From IMG/VR virus record IMGVR_UViG_3300042946_000249: 64,000 bases of DNA. One strand, given 5' to 3'. Shown piece after piece: positions 17,946 to 29,100 of the stretch. The position numbers and the translations under genes were made by a program. The notes under the pieces were generated by a model. That model made no database searches. It saw only the letters and a program-made list of their open reading frames with translations, and was not told the origin of the DNA. This DNA comes from a virus. Each line of letters opens with the position of its first letter. Within the stretch, counting starts at the first letter, position 1.

Positions 17946-18673
17946 TACCAGTAGACAGTTTGTTGTACAAGATCGACCAAAAACTAAATAAACTGTCAAC
18001 CAATATTCACCAGCAGATAAACTTAGAAGATAAGATCTTAGCACTCAATGAGGCTCAGATAAAGCTGATAAAACAAAAGGTTGATGGTTTTAGTGTAGTG
18101 AGCGGAATGGGACTTGATGCTTTTAAGAAGCGTTATGAGGACCTTCAAAGCTTGGTCGTAACATACAACCATCAACCTCTTGATCTCACTCTCAAGAATA
18201 AAGAACTAAATCAATGGTTTGCTAATCTGCACCTGCTTGTTCCTAAGTATATGTTCTACATCGATAGTTATATACTTGCTGACAAAGGGGTGTGTAAGGA
18301 TAGAAAGATCTGGATAAACAGAGACTTGGCTAAACATGGTGACCTTCAGTTCATTCTGAATAATACCCATTACAAACCAAGCTTTGAATACCAAGAGACT
18401 TTCAACTTCCTTTCGACAGATGAAATATCCATCTTTACAGATGGTACATTCACTCCTAGTAAGATATATATGTCTTATATGAGATATCCAGTGTATATAA
18501 ATGCAGAAGGGTATGTCATGCTAGATGGCCAACCATCATTTAATCAAGACTGCGAACTTGAACTCTATCTAGAGGATGAGTTGTTAGACTTGACAGTACA
18601 AAACCTAGCAATGTACACAGAGAACGCTGCTGCTGTTCAAAGTGCACAGTTCAGGATACAGACAAACGAATAA
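17942..18673 (+). CDS. hypothetical virion protein (243 aa)
   Basis: ORF track. Confidence 0.5.
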   Translation: MIPVDSLLYKIDQKLNKLSTNIHQQINLEDKILALNEAQIKLIKQKVDGFSVVSGMGLDAFKKRYEDLQSLVVTYNHQPLDLTLKNKELNQWFANLHLLVPKYMFYIDSYILADKGVCKDRKIWINRDLAKHGDLQFILNNTHYKPSFEYQETFNFLSTDEISIFTDGTFTPSKIYMSYMRYPVYINAEGYVMLDGQPSFNQDCELELYLEDELLDLTVQNLAMYTENAAAVQSAQFRIQTNE

Positions 18674-18701
18674 TATTTTTAATCACCTAAAATAAAGCAA
18701 A

Positions 18702-19874
18702 ATGGCTGATTTTTCATTAACTACGCTCTTCGTAGTACCAGTAGGGCAAACTGCGCTCCCTAGCTCTGGATCTACGCAAAACTTGAGCGCTGGCCAAGTG
18801 GGCATTTTCAAAAATGACTACACTCTGGCTACAGCAGCTAACATCGCTGCTGCTCCTTACTTTTATATTGCGCAGGGCCGTACAAACACTTATCTGCAAG
18901 GCTCTAAGCGTTCAGATAAGATTAAAGGCTGTCCTTCTGGTGCTGGTTGTAACAGCAATGTAACTGAGTGGTACAAAGTGGACGGTTGTCCTACTCCTCT
19001 CACTCAAATTACAGATGTTGTTAACTGGAACGCACAGTGTGGTGATATCATCACTGTTACACTTCGTGCTCACTCTAGCTACCTTGACACCTTGTACTTC
19101 AACGGTTTCACTCGTTCAGTAACTGTAAACGCACCTTGTTGTGATTGCGGTGGTGATCCTTGTACTAACGTTGATGTACCTGCTTTGATTGATGATGTTA
19201 TCTATCACTTCAATCTTCAAGCTCCTGGTAACAACCCTGACAACATCACTTTCTCTGACTTCTATCAGTTCCAGAGAATTGGTAACGACCAAAACGCATT
19301 CTTGCGTATCACTGGTAAGCCTCTTACCAAATATGGTCAGCCTTGTGATGTGGCAGCATTTCCTTTCGAGTATGACAGAATGTGGTTCCGTACATTCGTG
19401 TTCAGCGGACCTGCAACCACAGCTGACTTCATTGTAGCTGATCCTTGTAACACTGTTGCTGATCCTGTTGTAGTACAGCGTTCTTCTTACGCTTCTGGTA
19501 CTTCTGCAGAGATTGCACAATTGGAGAAAAACTTCTACAGCTACCAAGCTGGTTACTTGAAGCATCTCTACAGGATGAATGGTTACAATGAGAACTTTGA
19601 AAGCTGGGTGAGTGATGGTACAACTTATACCACCTACTACATCAAGTTTAATGAGTTCGACAAGTCTGCTTATCAGTGGGGCGATTATATCTATGAAGAC
19701 AGCACAGTAATCCTTGCTGTTGAAAAAGATAGCGCTATGGAAACCGCTCTTGAGGCAGTTCTTGTGGCAGGTCTTGGTGCAGTTGTTTCTCAGAATGGTG
19801 CGTGTGTAACGACCACTTCTACAACAACCACTGTATGGCCTTCTACTACTACAACATCAACCTTGATTCCGTAA
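18702..19874 (+). CDS. Cys-rich virion protein with C-terminal poly-Thr tail; highly-expressed codon usage (capsid decoration or auxiliary candidate)
   Basis: CGT/GGT/GCT-dominated codons as in the capsid gene; at least 14 Cys; TTTSTTTTVWPSTTTTS at the C terminus. Confidence 0.5.
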   Translation: MADFSLTTLFVVPVGQTALPSSGSTQNLSAGQVGIFKNDYTLATAANIAAAPYFYIAQGRTNTYLQGSKRSDKIKGCPSGAGCNSNVTEWYKVDGCPTPLTQITDVVNWNAQCGDIITVTLRAHSSYLDTLYFNGFTRSVTVNAPCCDCGGDPCTNVDVPALIDDVIYHFNLQAPGNNPDNITFSDFYQFQRIGNDQNAFLRITGKPLTKYGQPCDVAAFPFEYDRMWFRTFVFSGPATTADFIVADPCNTVADPVVVQRSSYASGTSAEIAQLEKNFYSYQAGYLKHLYRMNGYNENFESWVSDGTTYTTYYIKFNEFDKSAYQWGDYIYEDSTVILAVEKDSAMETALEAVLVAGLGAVVSQNGACVTTTSTTTTVWPSTTTTSTLIP

Positions 19875-19960
19875 TAGTAGGCAAGTAACATAGATTATAT
19901 AACCTAAGCCAGAGGTGAGAGGATACTACTCAATCCTCTGGCTTATTTATTTAAAGCAAC

Positions 19961-20524
19961 ATGGCAGATTTAAAACTAGACATATTAGTAATCCCAACAT
20001 ACAATGTGACAACTCTTGGGGTTGCTGATGCTTCCGTTTACCCAACTAATCCACCTGTTGTTTCTGGTGCTACAATTGAAATTACGGTTCCTGGATTTGG
20101 AACGTTCTTTAAACCATTCAGTGTTAACGACTTCAACATATTTACCACGTCAAACTTAGGAATAAGCCCCGTAGGTGTAGATCAACCTCTACCTGATGGA
20201 GTTTATCGTTTAAAATATTCTGTAGCTCCTGCATACATAAACTTCGTAGAGAAGTCCATCATGCGTGTAGAACAATTACAGGAGAAGTTTGATGGAGCGT
20301 TTATGAAGCTTGATATGATGGAATGTGATAGAGCTATCAAAACACAAGCATTTGTGGATCTCAACTCTATCAACTTCTTTATGCAGGGGGCCATTGCTGC
20401 TGCAAACAACTGTGCTGATCTTGAAGCAACAAAGCTTTATAATCAGGCAGATATGATGCTGAATAACTTTATAAAAAACAATTGTGGTTGCTCTGGAACC
20501 AACTACGTAATAAACTTTTACTAA
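19961..20524 (+). CDS. hypothetical virion protein (187 aa)
   Basis: ORF track. Confidence 0.5.
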   Translation: MADLKLDILVIPTYNVTTLGVADASVYPTNPPVVSGATIEITVPGFGTFFKPFSVNDFNIFTTSNLGISPVGVDQPLPDGVYRLKYSVAPAYINFVEKSIMRVEQLQEKFDGAFMKLDMMECDRAIKTQAFVDLNSINFFMQGAIAAANNCADLEATKLYNQADMMLNNFIKNNCGCSGTNYVINFY

Positions 20525-20525
20525 T

Positions 20526-20678
20526 ATGGCTATGTGTAGAAACTGTGGAGCTAAAGTTGGATGTGGATGTCAATTGATTAACGGTCTTTGTGCAGCATGT
20601 AATGGTGCTATAAAACAAGGAAGAAAACTTATAGGAAATGTTATCACCCAGGCTTACAAGTTGTCCAGAATGCGCTAG
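20526..20678 (+). CDS. small Cys-rich 50-aa protein MAMCRNCGAKVGCGCQLINGLCAACNG..., not in the track
   Basis: Hand translation; overlaps 20638..20904 in another frame, so only one of the two may be real. Confidence 0.3.
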   Translation: MAMCRNCGAKVGCGCQLINGLCAACNGAIKQGRKLIGNVITQAYKLSRMR

Positions 20679-20904
20679 TATTCCAGCACTGATTGCTGAT
20701 ATAGATTGTAAACTAGCTTCTCTTGCAAACAACTTATACAACAATGTTGTATTTATGTTGAACCAGCCTGTACCTGGAGGGGCAATGCTGGCTCTTATAA
20801 ACTACAGAAGAATACTTGCTTATAAGTATTGTAACCCCGATTATGCTGCTCCATTCACGGTGAACATGATTGCGAGTAGAGTAAAACTTTTAAAATATAA
20901 ATAA
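20638..20904 (+). CDS. hypothetical 88-aa protein
   Basis: ORF track. Confidence 0.35.
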   Translation: MLSPRLTSCPECASIPALIADIDCKLASLANNLYNNVVFMLNQPVPGGAMLALINYRRILAYKYCNPDYAAPFTVNMIASRVKLLKYK

Positions 20905-22008
20905 ATGTCCAACATTTGTTCAAATTGCTATAACGGTTGTGTAGAAACAACATCTGATCAATGTGTAAGATATACGGGTGTAGATGTTCCTATTTTGGGA
21001 ATCAAGACAGGAGACTCTCTTTCGTATGTTGAGCAAGCATTGATTACATTTCTCACATCTACGCTTGATGGAAGTGGAATAATCCTACCCATCAACCCTC
21101 AAATTATTTGCGAGATTGTAAGTAAGAATCTTGTATCATGTGAAGACCTTAGTCTTCCAAACGTAATTAGTGCAATCATCCAAGCTGTATGTGAATTAGA
21201 CACACGCGTTACTGCTCTAGAGGATGATTTTGCTGCTTTAGAAGCATCTTACAGTGTAGGATGTCTTACAGGTGTAACTGGTTCCTCTGGAACACATGCA
21301 ATCCTGCAAGCTGTTATTACAAAGCTTTGTGGCTTAGAAGTGGAGCTTGATGCTCTTGCTCTTGATGTAGACACAAACTACGTTAAGCTTGCTGACCTCA
21401 ACTCTCTAATTGCTGCATATTTAGCTAGTGTTGGAACTAGCAGTAAGTATTACAACCGCATGGTTCCTTATGCTGTTGTAGAATACTATGGCACATTGAC
21501 AGGTAAGTTTGATGGTACAGGTGCTGGTATAGTTGGAACTGATTGGGAAAAGATTTATCTGTGTAATGGTAACAACGGCACTCCTGATAAAAGAGGACGT
21601 GTACCAGTTGGTGCTACAACAGGTATGGGTGGAGGAGCTTTCAATCCTGCAGTGGATCCTGGTGTAGCTGGTAATCCTGCTTATGCCTTATTAGGAACTG
21701 CTGGTTCTAATAGTGTAACTCTTTCAGCTACAGAAATTCCTGCTCACTCTCACTTGGCTACAGCCACTGTATCTGATCCTGGACACTTGCATACAATTGC
21801 ATACGCCCATGGACAAGCTGACCAGAATGAACCTGGTGTATATGGTGACCTTATGGATATGAATGGCACAAAGAGTTCGTCCACTAGCACAAACACAGCA
21901 GTTACAGGAGTTTCTGTGGCAGTGAGTGTTGGTTCTACAGGAGGCGGATTAGCCCACGCTAACTACCAGCCTGGTCTGGGATGTTACTACATTATGTATA
22001 TTCCTTAA
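20905..22008 (+). CDS. fibre/receptor-binding protein with phage tail-collar domain and shared N-terminal anchor module
   Basis: C-terminal WEKIYLCNGNNGTPDKRGRVPVG...GSNSVTLSATEIPAHSHL matches the collar-domain pattern (C-NG ... PDLRGR ... LP-H-H); N terminus matches the anchor module (CVRYTGVD...DSLSYVEQAL). Confidence 0.65.
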   Translation: MSNICSNCYNGCVETTSDQCVRYTGVDVPILGIKTGDSLSYVEQALITFLTSTLDGSGIILPINPQIICEIVSKNLVSCEDLSLPNVISAIIQAVCELDTRVTALEDDFAALEASYSVGCLTGVTGSSGTHAILQAVITKLCGLEVELDALALDVDTNYVKLADLNSLIAAYLASVGTSSKYYNRMVPYAVVEYYGTLTGKFDGTGAGIVGTDWEKIYLCNGNNGTPDKRGRVPVGATTGMGGGAFNPAVDPGVAGNPAYALLGTAGSNSVTLSATEIPAHSHLATATVSDPGHLHTIAYAHGQADQNEPGVYGDLMDMNGTKSSSTSTNTAVTGVSVAVSVGSTGGGLAHANYQPGLGCYYIMYIP

Positions 22009-22029
22009 CAGTTAAACTCTTTATATAAA

Positions 22030-22557
22030 ATGATATACCTTCCACAAAATCCATGCTGTACAACGATTCCAGTTGTTACCTGCGGATGTGATCCTTGTAG
22101 TACGCCCCTTACACCAACTAACAATGTTACATACAGCGGACCTAATTTATCTTGTACATTAATCGCAACATATGACACAGCAACCGTGGCTTTCCAAAAG
22201 ATTGACACTCAAATCTGTAGTCTTAAACAACAGATCTACAATCTTCAGGTGGCCTTAGGTAATTGCTGTCCAACCACTACAACAACATCTACTTCTACAA
22301 GTTCGACAACAACAACCACAACAACCATCGCTTGTCCTTCTTGTTTGTTCTATTCTGTGACTAATTCAACGTTGTCACCTGTTAGTATATCCTACTACCA
22401 GTGTGGAGGAACTCTTGTAAACACTTCTGTAGCGGGTCCTAGCATCATCTATGTATGTGCTTGCGCAGGAACATTAGTTGTGCCTCCTGTACCAGGTGTG
22501 TCATCAGCTAATCTTGGGGCATGTCCTACAACAACCACTACAACAACTGTAGGGTAA
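22030..22557 (+). CDS. Cys/Thr-rich small fibre-associated protein with the same anchor module
   Basis: VTYSGPNL...ATYDTATVAFQKIDTQI aligns with the giant fibre's CVFYEGPNL...TNDNLQTALEKIEAAI; poly-Thr runs. Confidence 0.5.
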   Translation: MIYLPQNPCCTTIPVVTCGCDPCSTPLTPTNNVTYSGPNLSCTLIATYDTATVAFQKIDTQICSLKQQIYNLQVALGNCCPTTTTTSTSTSSTTTTTTTIACPSCLFYSVTNSTLSPVSISYYQCGGTLVNTSVAGPSIIYVCACAGTLVVPPVPGVSSANLGACPTTTTTTTVG

Positions 22558-22568
22558 AGTAATAAAAA

Positions 22569-22630
22569 AGCTCTGTTTGTTGGTTTTCAGAGCTTCTCCC
22601 TAGGGTTTCTACCCTGGGGAGTTTTTTATT
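22569..22630 (+). terminator. tandem intrinsic terminators closing the head/neck block
   Basis: Hairpin AGCTCTG...CAGAGCT (22569-22594); then CCCTAGGG-tttcta-CCCTGGGG (22598-22619) followed by UUUUUUAUUU. Confidence 0.6.
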
Positions 22631-22730
22631 TATAACCAACTTGGTTAGAATGGATAACGGGAAAGGTTAAAATAATTTGGAAAATATCAAAAAACCTTCG
22701 TACCTTTAGGGCAATTTTAATTATAAAAAG

Positions 22731-23987
22731 TTGCAAATGCCTGAAAATCAATCTCTTCTGCAACAGCTGGAGCAAATGCTTCACTGGAAAAAGAGCAAAA
22801 AGTTCTATGCAGACAAACTAAACATCACAGAAAATGAGGTGGATGAGTTACTGAGGGAGTTGAAAGGATCAGAAGAAATACAGAATGACGCTGAGATTTC
22901 AAACTATATTGGAGAGCTAGAAGACCATGTGGTAAGGTTTTTGGAGGATGTGCAGAAGGGAACAGGTGAGGTGGTGTTCAACTCTAAAGATGAAATCAAA
23001 AGCTTAGATGAGTTAATCGAGAAGTGCAATATTGACACAGAGAAGTGGGAGATAACTAAATACGTACAGAACTACTGGGGTAATGGTAACCAGCCTCACT
23101 GGCAGGTGAAAGCTTGGTTGGGTAAGAAGAAAGATGAGCAAGTGTTTCAGGACAGCTTTGTATCCTTCCTAGAAACCTATCAACCAGCATCTCCAGAAAT
23201 AATGGCTCCCAAATATGAGAAAGGTAAGAAAGATGCTTGCCTAATCATTAACAAACAGGATTCCCATTTAAACAAGCTAGACATAGGAGGAGAGAACGAT
23301 ATAGACCAACGCTTTGGTGATTTCATCCAGAGGGTGGAAATAATCCTAAATCAATCTTCTCTATCTAACAATCTCACAGACATCAAATACATCATTGGTT
23401 CTGATGAGTTCAATAGTGAATTCACTAACACAACTACAAAGGGAACTCCCCAACAAAACATCCTTTCATACCACGATGCTTTTCAGGCAATATGTGATCA
23501 TGAGGTGAGCGTGATAAACCTGCTCCTTCAGAAAGGAGAAAATGTGGATGTTATATTTGTAGCTGGTAATCATGATGAATATGTAGGATGGCATTTAGCC
23601 AGTTGGTTACAAACCTACTTCAGAAACGAGGAGCGTGTGTTCTTTGACATCTCTCCAAGATATAGGAAGTATGTAAGCTATGGCACCTCAGCATTAATGT
23701 TCAATCATGGAGATGCTCTGAAGCCTGCAAAGCTTGCTGGTTTATTCCCTATGGAATTTAAAAGTGAGTGGTCAGATCATGAGAATTTCTACATATTTAC
23801 AGGTGATAAACACCATGAAATGAGTCTTGATTTCAATGGTATTAAGTTCTATCAGCTCCCTGCATTCTCTACAGCCAAAAGTGGCTGGGATGATAAGAAT
23901 GGATACACCATCACTAAAGGTGAGGTGACTGGGTTCTTGATAGATTTACAAGACGGAATAACGAATATATTCAAACAGTATTTATAA
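22731..23987 (+). CDS. calcineurin-like metallophosphoesterase with an about 180-aa N-terminal extension
   Basis: FVAGNHDEY (GNH[DE] motif III), QDSHL (DxH), IGSDEFN, NHGD. Confidence 0.65.
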   Translation: MQMPENQSLLQQLEQMLHWKKSKKFYADKLNITENEVDELLRELKGSEEIQNDAEISNYIGELEDHVVRFLEDVQKGTGEVVFNSKDEIKSLDELIEKCNIDTEKWEITKYVQNYWGNGNQPHWQVKAWLGKKKDEQVFQDSFVSFLETYQPASPEIMAPKYEKGKKDACLIINKQDSHLNKLDIGGENDIDQRFGDFIQRVEIILNQSSLSNNLTDIKYIIGSDEFNSEFTNTTTKGTPQQNILSYHDAFQAICDHEVSVINLLLQKGENVDVIFVAGNHDEYVGWHLASWLQTYFRNEERVFFDISPRYRKYVSYGTSALMFNHGDALKPAKLAGLFPMEFKSEWSDHENFYIFTGDKHHEMSLDFNGIKFYQLPAFSTAKSGWDDKNGYTITKGEVTGFLIDLQDGITNIFKQYL

Positions 23988-24715
23988 TGTCAACTTTTAG
24001 GAAGTTAGTTTCAGATGTACGCTCTATGCACAAGTTGCTCTCCACGGACAACTTGATCACGGATAGAGCTGTCATGTCTGAAATTAAGAACAATGCCTTC
24101 CTCCTGATAAAGCGTGAGACTAATCTGAGGAAGTTATGGGCAACCGATACAGTTTTTACCACCATTCCCTGCTTGGAGATGGTGGAAGTTCCTATTTCTG
24201 AGTGTTGTGATTATGCTGATCCTTGTACAGTGGCTAGAACAAAGTTCAAGCTTCCTAGGATTACAGAGGGTAATTATCAATATGTCATTCAGGGTGTTTA
24301 TTCAATTAACGCCATGAGTGGTCAGGGAAAGAAACTTAAGGAAATAACCATCAACCGATACGTAAACTTGCTCAAGCTTCCAATCATTAAGAAGGAAGAA
24401 TACTACTGGATTTCTAATGGGTATCTGTATGTGAACAATCCACTCCTAAAAGCAATCAGATTTGTTGCTCTTTTCGAGGAAGATGTTCCAAATGAGATAA
24501 TGTATCCAGAATGTGGATGTGGCACTCCAGACTATACACCAGAACAACTGTGTGTAAATCCATTAGACAAAGAATCCCCTGTTCCTGGCTACCTGGAAAA
24601 GCAGGTGTTGGAACTCACTTCTCAGAAGCTTCTCTCTACGTATTTCAAATTGAAGACAGACATCACAAGTGATGGAGTTGATGGTCAAGCACCTAACGCT
24701 CCAAACTTGAGATAG
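23987..24715 (+). CDS. hypothetical protein (242 aa), TAATG-coupled to the phosphoesterase
   Basis: ORF track. Confidence 0.5.
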   Translation: MSTFRKLVSDVRSMHKLLSTDNLITDRAVMSEIKNNAFLLIKRETNLRKLWATDTVFTTIPCLEMVEVPISECCDYADPCTVARTKFKLPRITEGNYQYVIQGVYSINAMSGQGKKLKEITINRYVNLLKLPIIKKEEYYWISNGYLYVNNPLLKAIRFVALFEEDVPNEIMYPECGCGTPDYTPEQLCVNPLDKESPVPGYLEKQVLELTSQKLLSTYFKLKTDITSDGVDGQAPNAPNLR

Positions 24716-24717
24716 AC

Positions 24718-25194
24718 ATGAGAATAAAGATAGACTGGAGAAGCGCCAGCAAAGAAAACTACAACAGTTTCTGTAAGAAACATCCGTCCATCAAACTCAC
24801 TTTCGATCAATGGAGAAACATCATCTATTCATTTAATGATGCTTTCAAAGAATACATCCTTGAGACAGGAGAACGAGCAAAGCTACCTTTTGGTTTTGGT
24901 GAGTTTGCTATAAACAAGAAAAAGCGCAGGAAGATAAAAGGAGTTGATGGGAAAGAGTTTGTAAACCTTCCTATTGATTGGAAAAAGACAAGGGAGAAAG
25001 GCAAGCGCATCTACAACTTTAACTTTCACACAGAAGGCTTCTTCTTTGGATGGATGTGGTTCAAGACAACAGCTAGATTCAAACATTCTCAGCTGTGGTA
25101 TTTTAAACCTTCCAGAAACACGTCTAGGCTTCTTTCACATTACATAAACGCTGATGATAAATATCAGCATCTCTATCACGAATGGAAAAAGTAA
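24718..25194 (+). CDS. basic hypothetical protein (158 aa)
   Basis: ORF track; KKKRRKIKG stretch. Confidence 0.5.
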   Translation: MRIKIDWRSASKENYNSFCKKHPSIKLTFDQWRNIIYSFNDAFKEYILETGERAKLPFGFGEFAINKKKRRKIKGVDGKEFVNLPIDWKKTREKGKRIYNFNFHTEGFFFGWMWFKTTARFKHSQLWYFKPSRNTSRLLSHYINADDKYQHLYHEWKK

Positions 25195-25199
25195 AATAG

Positions 25200-26171
25200 A
25201 TGTCATACTATTACAAATATAATTTCATCAGCCCTGAGCCTGTGTATTCCACTGTAAAGGAGGAATTCAAAAGCTATTTTGATACAGGAGCAGTTGATGA
25301 TTTGATGTTCCCCACCTACTTGGATAAGTGTCTAAGGAAGCTGGGTAGAACCACATATGTGATTTCTCAGGAAATCCTACACATTAATGACTATCAGGCT
25401 AGACTTCCAGACAACTTCTTTGCTGTTCGTGAAGCATGGTTGTGCACAGCTGTAAATGGTTTCCCTTATCAGCAAGCTAATTCATTCTACTCACAAGCTG
25501 CTACATCTACAACAATTCAGGTGAGCCCTATCACCACAGATTGTGCCATCCCTAGTCCTTGTTGTGGTAATGTAGGATGTGATGGATCTTGTATGCCTGA
25601 ATTGGTTCAGACAGTATACAAGACTAACAACCAGGCTCCTGTTCTCTATCAAAGAGAATACTTACTAAAACCTGGTAATATATCCGCACAAGGTAACTGT
25701 GGTGTAGACTATACCAACAACTGGGAGTTTTATGCACAGGCACCTCCTATTAATGAGTTCACTCCTGGTTCCTCTTGGTATGACTCATTTGACATTAGAG
25801 ACAATAAGTTTGTCACCAACTTCCGTAATGGCGTGGTGCATCTTCTTTTCTACGCTACAGAGTATGACGCTGGTGGAAATCAGCTGATTCCTGACAACTA
25901 TCGTATCAGAGAGTTTATTGAGGCTTTCATCAAATACAAAGTGATTGAGACCCTCACTAACCAAACTAACGATGAGACGTTCAACCAGCTTCAGACCAAG
26001 CTTGCGTTCTACAAACAACAGGCTGATGAGGCATTTATCATGGCTGATATTGAGATCAAGAAGCAAGATCCTTGGACTAAGCAACGTAGGATTAAGAACG
26101 ACCTTAACAGATTTAATATGTATGAACTCCCCAATCGTACCAATAGATATGGTTGGAGACGTAATAACTAA
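25200..26171 (+). CDS. hypothetical virion protein (323 aa) with Cys cluster CAIPSPCCGNVGCDGSC
   Basis: ORF track. Confidence 0.5.
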   Translation: MSYYYKYNFISPEPVYSTVKEEFKSYFDTGAVDDLMFPTYLDKCLRKLGRTTYVISQEILHINDYQARLPDNFFAVREAWLCTAVNGFPYQQANSFYSQAATSTTIQVSPITTDCAIPSPCCGNVGCDGSCMPELVQTVYKTNNQAPVLYQREYLLKPGNISAQGNCGVDYTNNWEFYAQAPPINEFTPGSSWYDSFDIRDNKFVTNFRNGVVHLLFYATEYDAGGNQLIPDNYRIREFIEAFIKYKVIETLTNQTNDETFNQLQTKLAFYKQQADEAFIMADIEIKKQDPWTKQRRIKNDLNRFNMYELPNRTNRYGWRRNN

Positions 26172-26176
26172 CAGTA

Positions 26177-29100
26177 ATGGCTGAACAGGAACAAGGCAAT
26201 ATTAGACAGGAGTATAACAATGCTACCACAGGTCTTAACATGGACCAAACCCCTAACCAAATTGCGAAGGGGAAATTAACGTATGCATTAAATGCTGCTG
26301 TTGAGAATTATGATGCTAATTCTGTAAACTATCAGAATGAGCCTGGGAACGAACTTTGTGTTACGTTCCCTTCTGGCTTTGTGCTTATAGGTAACCACTT
26401 CATCCAAGAGAAGAGCAAACATATATTCTTCATCACCAATCCTGATACAGGAGATAGTCAGATTGGATATATGGAGAACAACGACTGTATTTATCGTGTG
26501 GTTGTAAATGCTCCTTGCCTCAACTTTAGTACCAACTATCCCATCCACAAGGTGGCGCATAAGATAACTAATTGCACCACAGAGATTTATTGGACAGATG
26601 GATTCAATCCTAGGAGATATTTGGACATTGACAACATTCCAAAAGTTCTAAAATCTGGAACTCCTTTCTGCGATCCGAAATATACAGATGATCTGGATTG
26701 TAACCAGCTCAAACTTCAACCCAACTTTAACATCCCTCAACTGGAGGTAACTGATGTTGCTAGCACAGGAAACCTGATTGCTGGTACATACCAGTTTGCT
26801 ATTCAGTATTCTGACGCTCAGGGTAATCCCTACACTTCCTATTATTCTGTTACCAACCCAACACCTATTGCTGATAAGTTCATTACATCAGTGAACTTCA
26901 ACTATGCTGTTGGAAAGTCCATCATCCTCAATATAAGTAACCTTGAGGACACTGGATTGTATCAGTATTTCAACCTAGCAGTGATTAAGACAGTGAATGA
27001 CATCACTTCTGTTGAGTTGGTTGGCACTTATTACATTGATGCTGTTCAGAAGGAAATCACATACACTGGTCAGAACGTTACACAAATCAGACTAACCATC
27101 AATGATATATTCGAGAAGTTCCCTTATTACGACATTGCACAAGATCTCACTGTTGCACAGGATGTCTTGATATGGGACAACCTTACATCTATTGATCGTA
27201 TCAACTACCAAAGCATTGCTAGTCAAATTCCTCTGTTATGGGAAAGCTGGAGAATTCCTGCTGACCAAAACTATGCAGATGAATTGAATGCCACTAACCT
27301 CAGAGGTTATCTGAGAGATGAAGTGTATGCTTTTGAGATAGTGTTCTTACTTAAGAACGGTAAACAAACTGATGGGTTTCATATTCCTGGTAGAATCAAA
27401 GGTCCTGCAGAGAACCTGCAACCCGATGTACCAGACACCAACCCAGACTTTATAGGCATTCCTGATTACACATCTGGGGGAGTGGGATATAGCCCGTATT
27501 GGAAAATCTACAATACAGGATCTGTACTTGGTACAAGTCCTGGATATTCTCCAGCTCCTGACTACAGAGGTGCTTATCAATATGGTGAGTTTGGTTATTG
27601 GGAATCAGCTGACACCTACCCATGTAACAAAGATGTATGGGGCGATCTTGCTGGCCAACCTATCAGACACCACAAGTTCCCTGATATAAATGTAAGTCCT
27701 GCTTACGAATCTAAGATATTTACAGGACCTTCAGGTATGGTGATGGGTAATGATGCTGTGTTCCCTATTGGTGTACAGATTGATGTACAACTAGTGAGCT
27801 CACTCATTCAGACATCCAACCTTACACCAGAGCAAAAAGATGATATTGTAGCATTCAAAATCATCCGTGCTGATCGTGGTACAAACAAATCTATTGTTGC
27901 TAAAGGCATCCTTAGGAACGTAAACACATATGAGAGGGAAGAAGAAACTTACTACTACCCTAACTACCCATACAACGATCTTAACTCAGATCCATTCCTC
28001 AATACAGCAAACAATGCCTATTCACAAATCTGTGATGGGTACACTGTATTTATAGATACACTTGTTGTAGACCCTGCAGGTGGACCTTCTTTTGCTGAGG
28101 TGGAATACACTGATTGTAACACAAACAAAGCAACAAAGAAGAAATACTTTGCAATAGATCAATATCCACTTTGTTCAATTGGCAAACCTAGAATCCTTGG
28201 TCCTGCAACAGGAAGGGTGGGACTTTCTACATATGAAGTGTGGACAGCTCAGGTTTGTAATCCTAGCCCTTTTGCATTTGCCAGAGGTGGTAGAATTGAA
28301 TGGAATGACATCTATACAGGCATCACTACACAATGGATAAATGGATGGCCCACTTCTCCAGTGTATACATTATATGTAGTTCCTGGCACAGGTGGTCCTG
28401 TACAGATTGAAGGCCCTGGTGAAATATGTTTCACTGGACCTACATTAGTGACAGGAGCTAATTGTAAAGCTGAAACTCCTCAACCTGGATTTACAGAGAA
28501 GTACAGACAGATATTCAACTCTCCTGAAACTTCTTTTGGACAGCCATTCTTAGGTGGTGTTCTGAAGCTTGAGAGTGTAATGTTTGGTAGAGGTAAGGGT
28601 CACTTTGTTGAGGTGAGAGATAACGCCAAGTATAAACTCTTAACAGAAGAAGCTCAGCGTGATGCTCTTGAAAGTGCTGAAGAACTAGGTGATGTAACCA
28701 CACCGTTTAATGCCACTGCTATGTTCACAGCATATCAGGCGTATTTAACCATCTATGTGAATGGTATCACGAGGAAGAACTATGCCTACTCTTTCAACTC
28801 TATAGGTGATTATAACTATGGAGTGGGAGTTCCTGATAATCAAGGGATTAAGCAAAGAACTCTTGACATCGCTAGATATTTGATTCCTGGAGTGCAGAAC
28901 GTTGGTGATCTATACAACATCAACAACTTCCAGAGAGAATCATCTGTCTACCTGAGAACCGATCTTAACAAGACAGCGCTTCCTTTCCCAGACCAAAGTC
29001 CTAACATGTTGTCTGCAGGAAGCCCAATAGTTACAGACATATCAAGATTCACTATATCAGAAAGAAGCAAATGTCAAGCTCCTGCTAAGGAAGAAGACAT

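Noticed and set aside
26560-26640. YWTD motif (EIYWTDGFNPRRY) suggesting an LDL-receptor-type beta-propeller in the 1871-aa protein
   Set aside because: A single occurrence without the 6-fold repeat periodicity is most likely coincidence.
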